DNA of 64,000 nucleotides from the human T2T-CHM13v2.0 reference genome, Homo sapiens. A program made the translations under genes and the position numbers. The notes below the pieces were generated by a model. It worked only from the letters and a program-made list of their open reading frames with translations, was not told where the DNA came from and made no database searches. Every line of letters begins with the position of its first letter. The first letter of the stretch is position 1. Where the stretch lies: the NCBI RefSeq assembly GCF_009914755.1, contig NC_060936.1; one strand, 5' to 3'. Shown piece after piece: positions 62,381 through 64,000 of this stretch.

Positions 62381-63351
62381 GCATTTATTTATACATCTAT
62401 ATACACACATACGTACATGTATACATACATGTCATACATGTATGATAATTTATTGGCTTTACCTTTCAAAGTACAAAGTAATTGATACCATGTTAACAAG
62501 TTAAGTAACATAGTGGTAAACTTACGAAAAGCCCATTATCTCACTCCTCCCACCCCTAATTCCCAAGGAAGCCAACACTGACAGTTCAGTATAGTTGTAT
62601 TCTTCCATACTGTCCTCTCATGTTCGTATGTACAAACATTTATAGAGGGTTTTTTATTTTTGTTTTTTAAGGAAAATTGAATCCTGCCATACCCTCTCAC
62701 TGCATAACTTTTATCATTTTGGGGGCATATCTTCAGTGTAGTTCTAGTTCAATAGAGATATAGCTCTTTTTAGTAGCCACATAATATACCTTAGTATATA
62801 TAGACCATGGGCTATTCCAACCATTTTCCTATTGTCGGATATTTTAGCCTGTTTAATGTTTCCCCACACTGTAGTTAAGCTGAATAAACATCTTTTACTT
62901 AAAGGCTTGCAAACTTTATAAGAACTACCTGGGTCAAAGAGCGTAACTATTTTGAATTTTAACAGGAATGCCATATTACTTCTTTATAAGGTTGTAGTAA
63001 TTCATATTTCTAAAAGCAGAATGAAGGAACTGTAAAGAACCAACACCTTATTCTTTGCCTAAAATTATAAAAAAACACAGAAAATAATTTTCCCTTAGTG
63101 GACAATATATATAGGCCCCAGAAAATTATTTGCTGAAACCAAATCAACAAAACAGCATTTTATAAGTGGCCTATTGATAACTTCTGATTGCTTTTTAGTG
63201 TGTTACTTAATGGCCTGTTTTAAAAAACTAAAAGGAGTTCTTAAACTCTTCAGTATCATTGTCTTAAGATATTAATATATCATTATTCTATTTACCTTGA
63301 TCATTGCTTTCTTAGAGTTATTTGATTAATGGACTGCTTTAATCTTGACAG

Positions 63352-63418
63352 GAGGTTGAAACCTACTTTTTTGAGGGTCTGCTGAAATGGAGAGAATTAA
63401 ACCTCACAGAACACTTCG
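63352..63418 (+). CDS. UTP20: UTP20 exon 3 (EVETYFFEGLLKWRELNLTEHF+G)
   Basis: Acceptor TCTTGACAG, donor TCG|GTATTT; 67 nt, phase 0 to 1. Confidence 0.95.
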
Positions 63419-63530
63419 GTATTTTCTATTTCGTTTCTATTTTATTCACCCATAGTTTGCACTTTATATGTTCCATACAGCTGAATAGTGGTGTGATAGA
63501 AAAGAACATATTTTTTTTTCCCCCACTCAG

Positions 63531-63663
63531 GAAAATTTTACAAAGAAGTTATTGACAAATGCCAATCATTCAATCAGTTGGTGTATCACCAAAACGAGAT
63601 AGTTCAGAGTTTGAAGACTCACCTGCAAGTTAAGAACAGTTTTGCCTATCAACCCCTTTTGGA
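63531..63663 (+). CDS. UTP20: UTP20 exon 4 (GKFYKEVIDKCQSFNQLVYHQNEIVQSLKTHLQVKNSFAYQPLL+D); gene continues beyond the window
   Basis: Acceptor TTTTTTTTTCCCCCACTCAG, donor GA|GTAAGT; 133 nt, frame continuous with exon 3. Confidence 0.96.
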
Positions 63664-64000
63664 GTAAGTAGCATCTTGAGAGAAAGCTCACAACTATATT
63701 TGCCTGAATTTTAAGAAAGATTGTGTTTCAAAGCTACATATACCGCAGATCAGGTGCTCATAATTTAGAAACAAGGAGGATTTTCCTTTTCTGTTAGGAA
63801 TAAGTGCATTACCATAAAGTGGAATCTTGGGGTATAATTTCGCATTTGTTATATACTAAGATAATCTCATTTTTCTTTGACACTATAGGAACAGTTGGCT
63901 ACAACTTATGATGGAATGTAACTTCTTGCCTGATTTCTTTGCTGAGATCTTAAGATTTAAAGAATTTTATAATTTTTCAGACTTGATTTAGAAGTATTTT

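Overview
Primate, almost certainly human, genomic DNA. About 57.8 kb of repeat-rich intergenic sequence is followed by the CpG-island promoter and first four coding exons of UTP20 (U3 snoRNP/SSU processome component, + strand; N-terminus MKTKPVSHKTENTYRFLTFAERLGNVNIDII...). From recall this is chr12q23, with SLC5A8 upstream outside the window. The intergenic part holds about 25 Alus, L1s (including a 4.1-kb L1PA nested in an older L1PA nested in an MLT1), L2/MIR, several solo LTRs, hAT DNA transposons, a full-length processed RPS6 pseudogene (- strand) and one or two 3'-truncated U2 retrocopies. I see no novel multi-gene system. The best leads are: (i) a two-exon, splice-consensus-flanked 53-codon Cys-motif ORF at 24610-24867 next to a GATA/DR1/AP-1 cluster; (ii) a strong-Kozak uORF overlapping YY1 and E-box motifs in the UTP20 leader; (iii) two non-tandem local templated duplications. 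Repeat family names come from recalled consensus sequences, and boundaries without TSDs are approximate.
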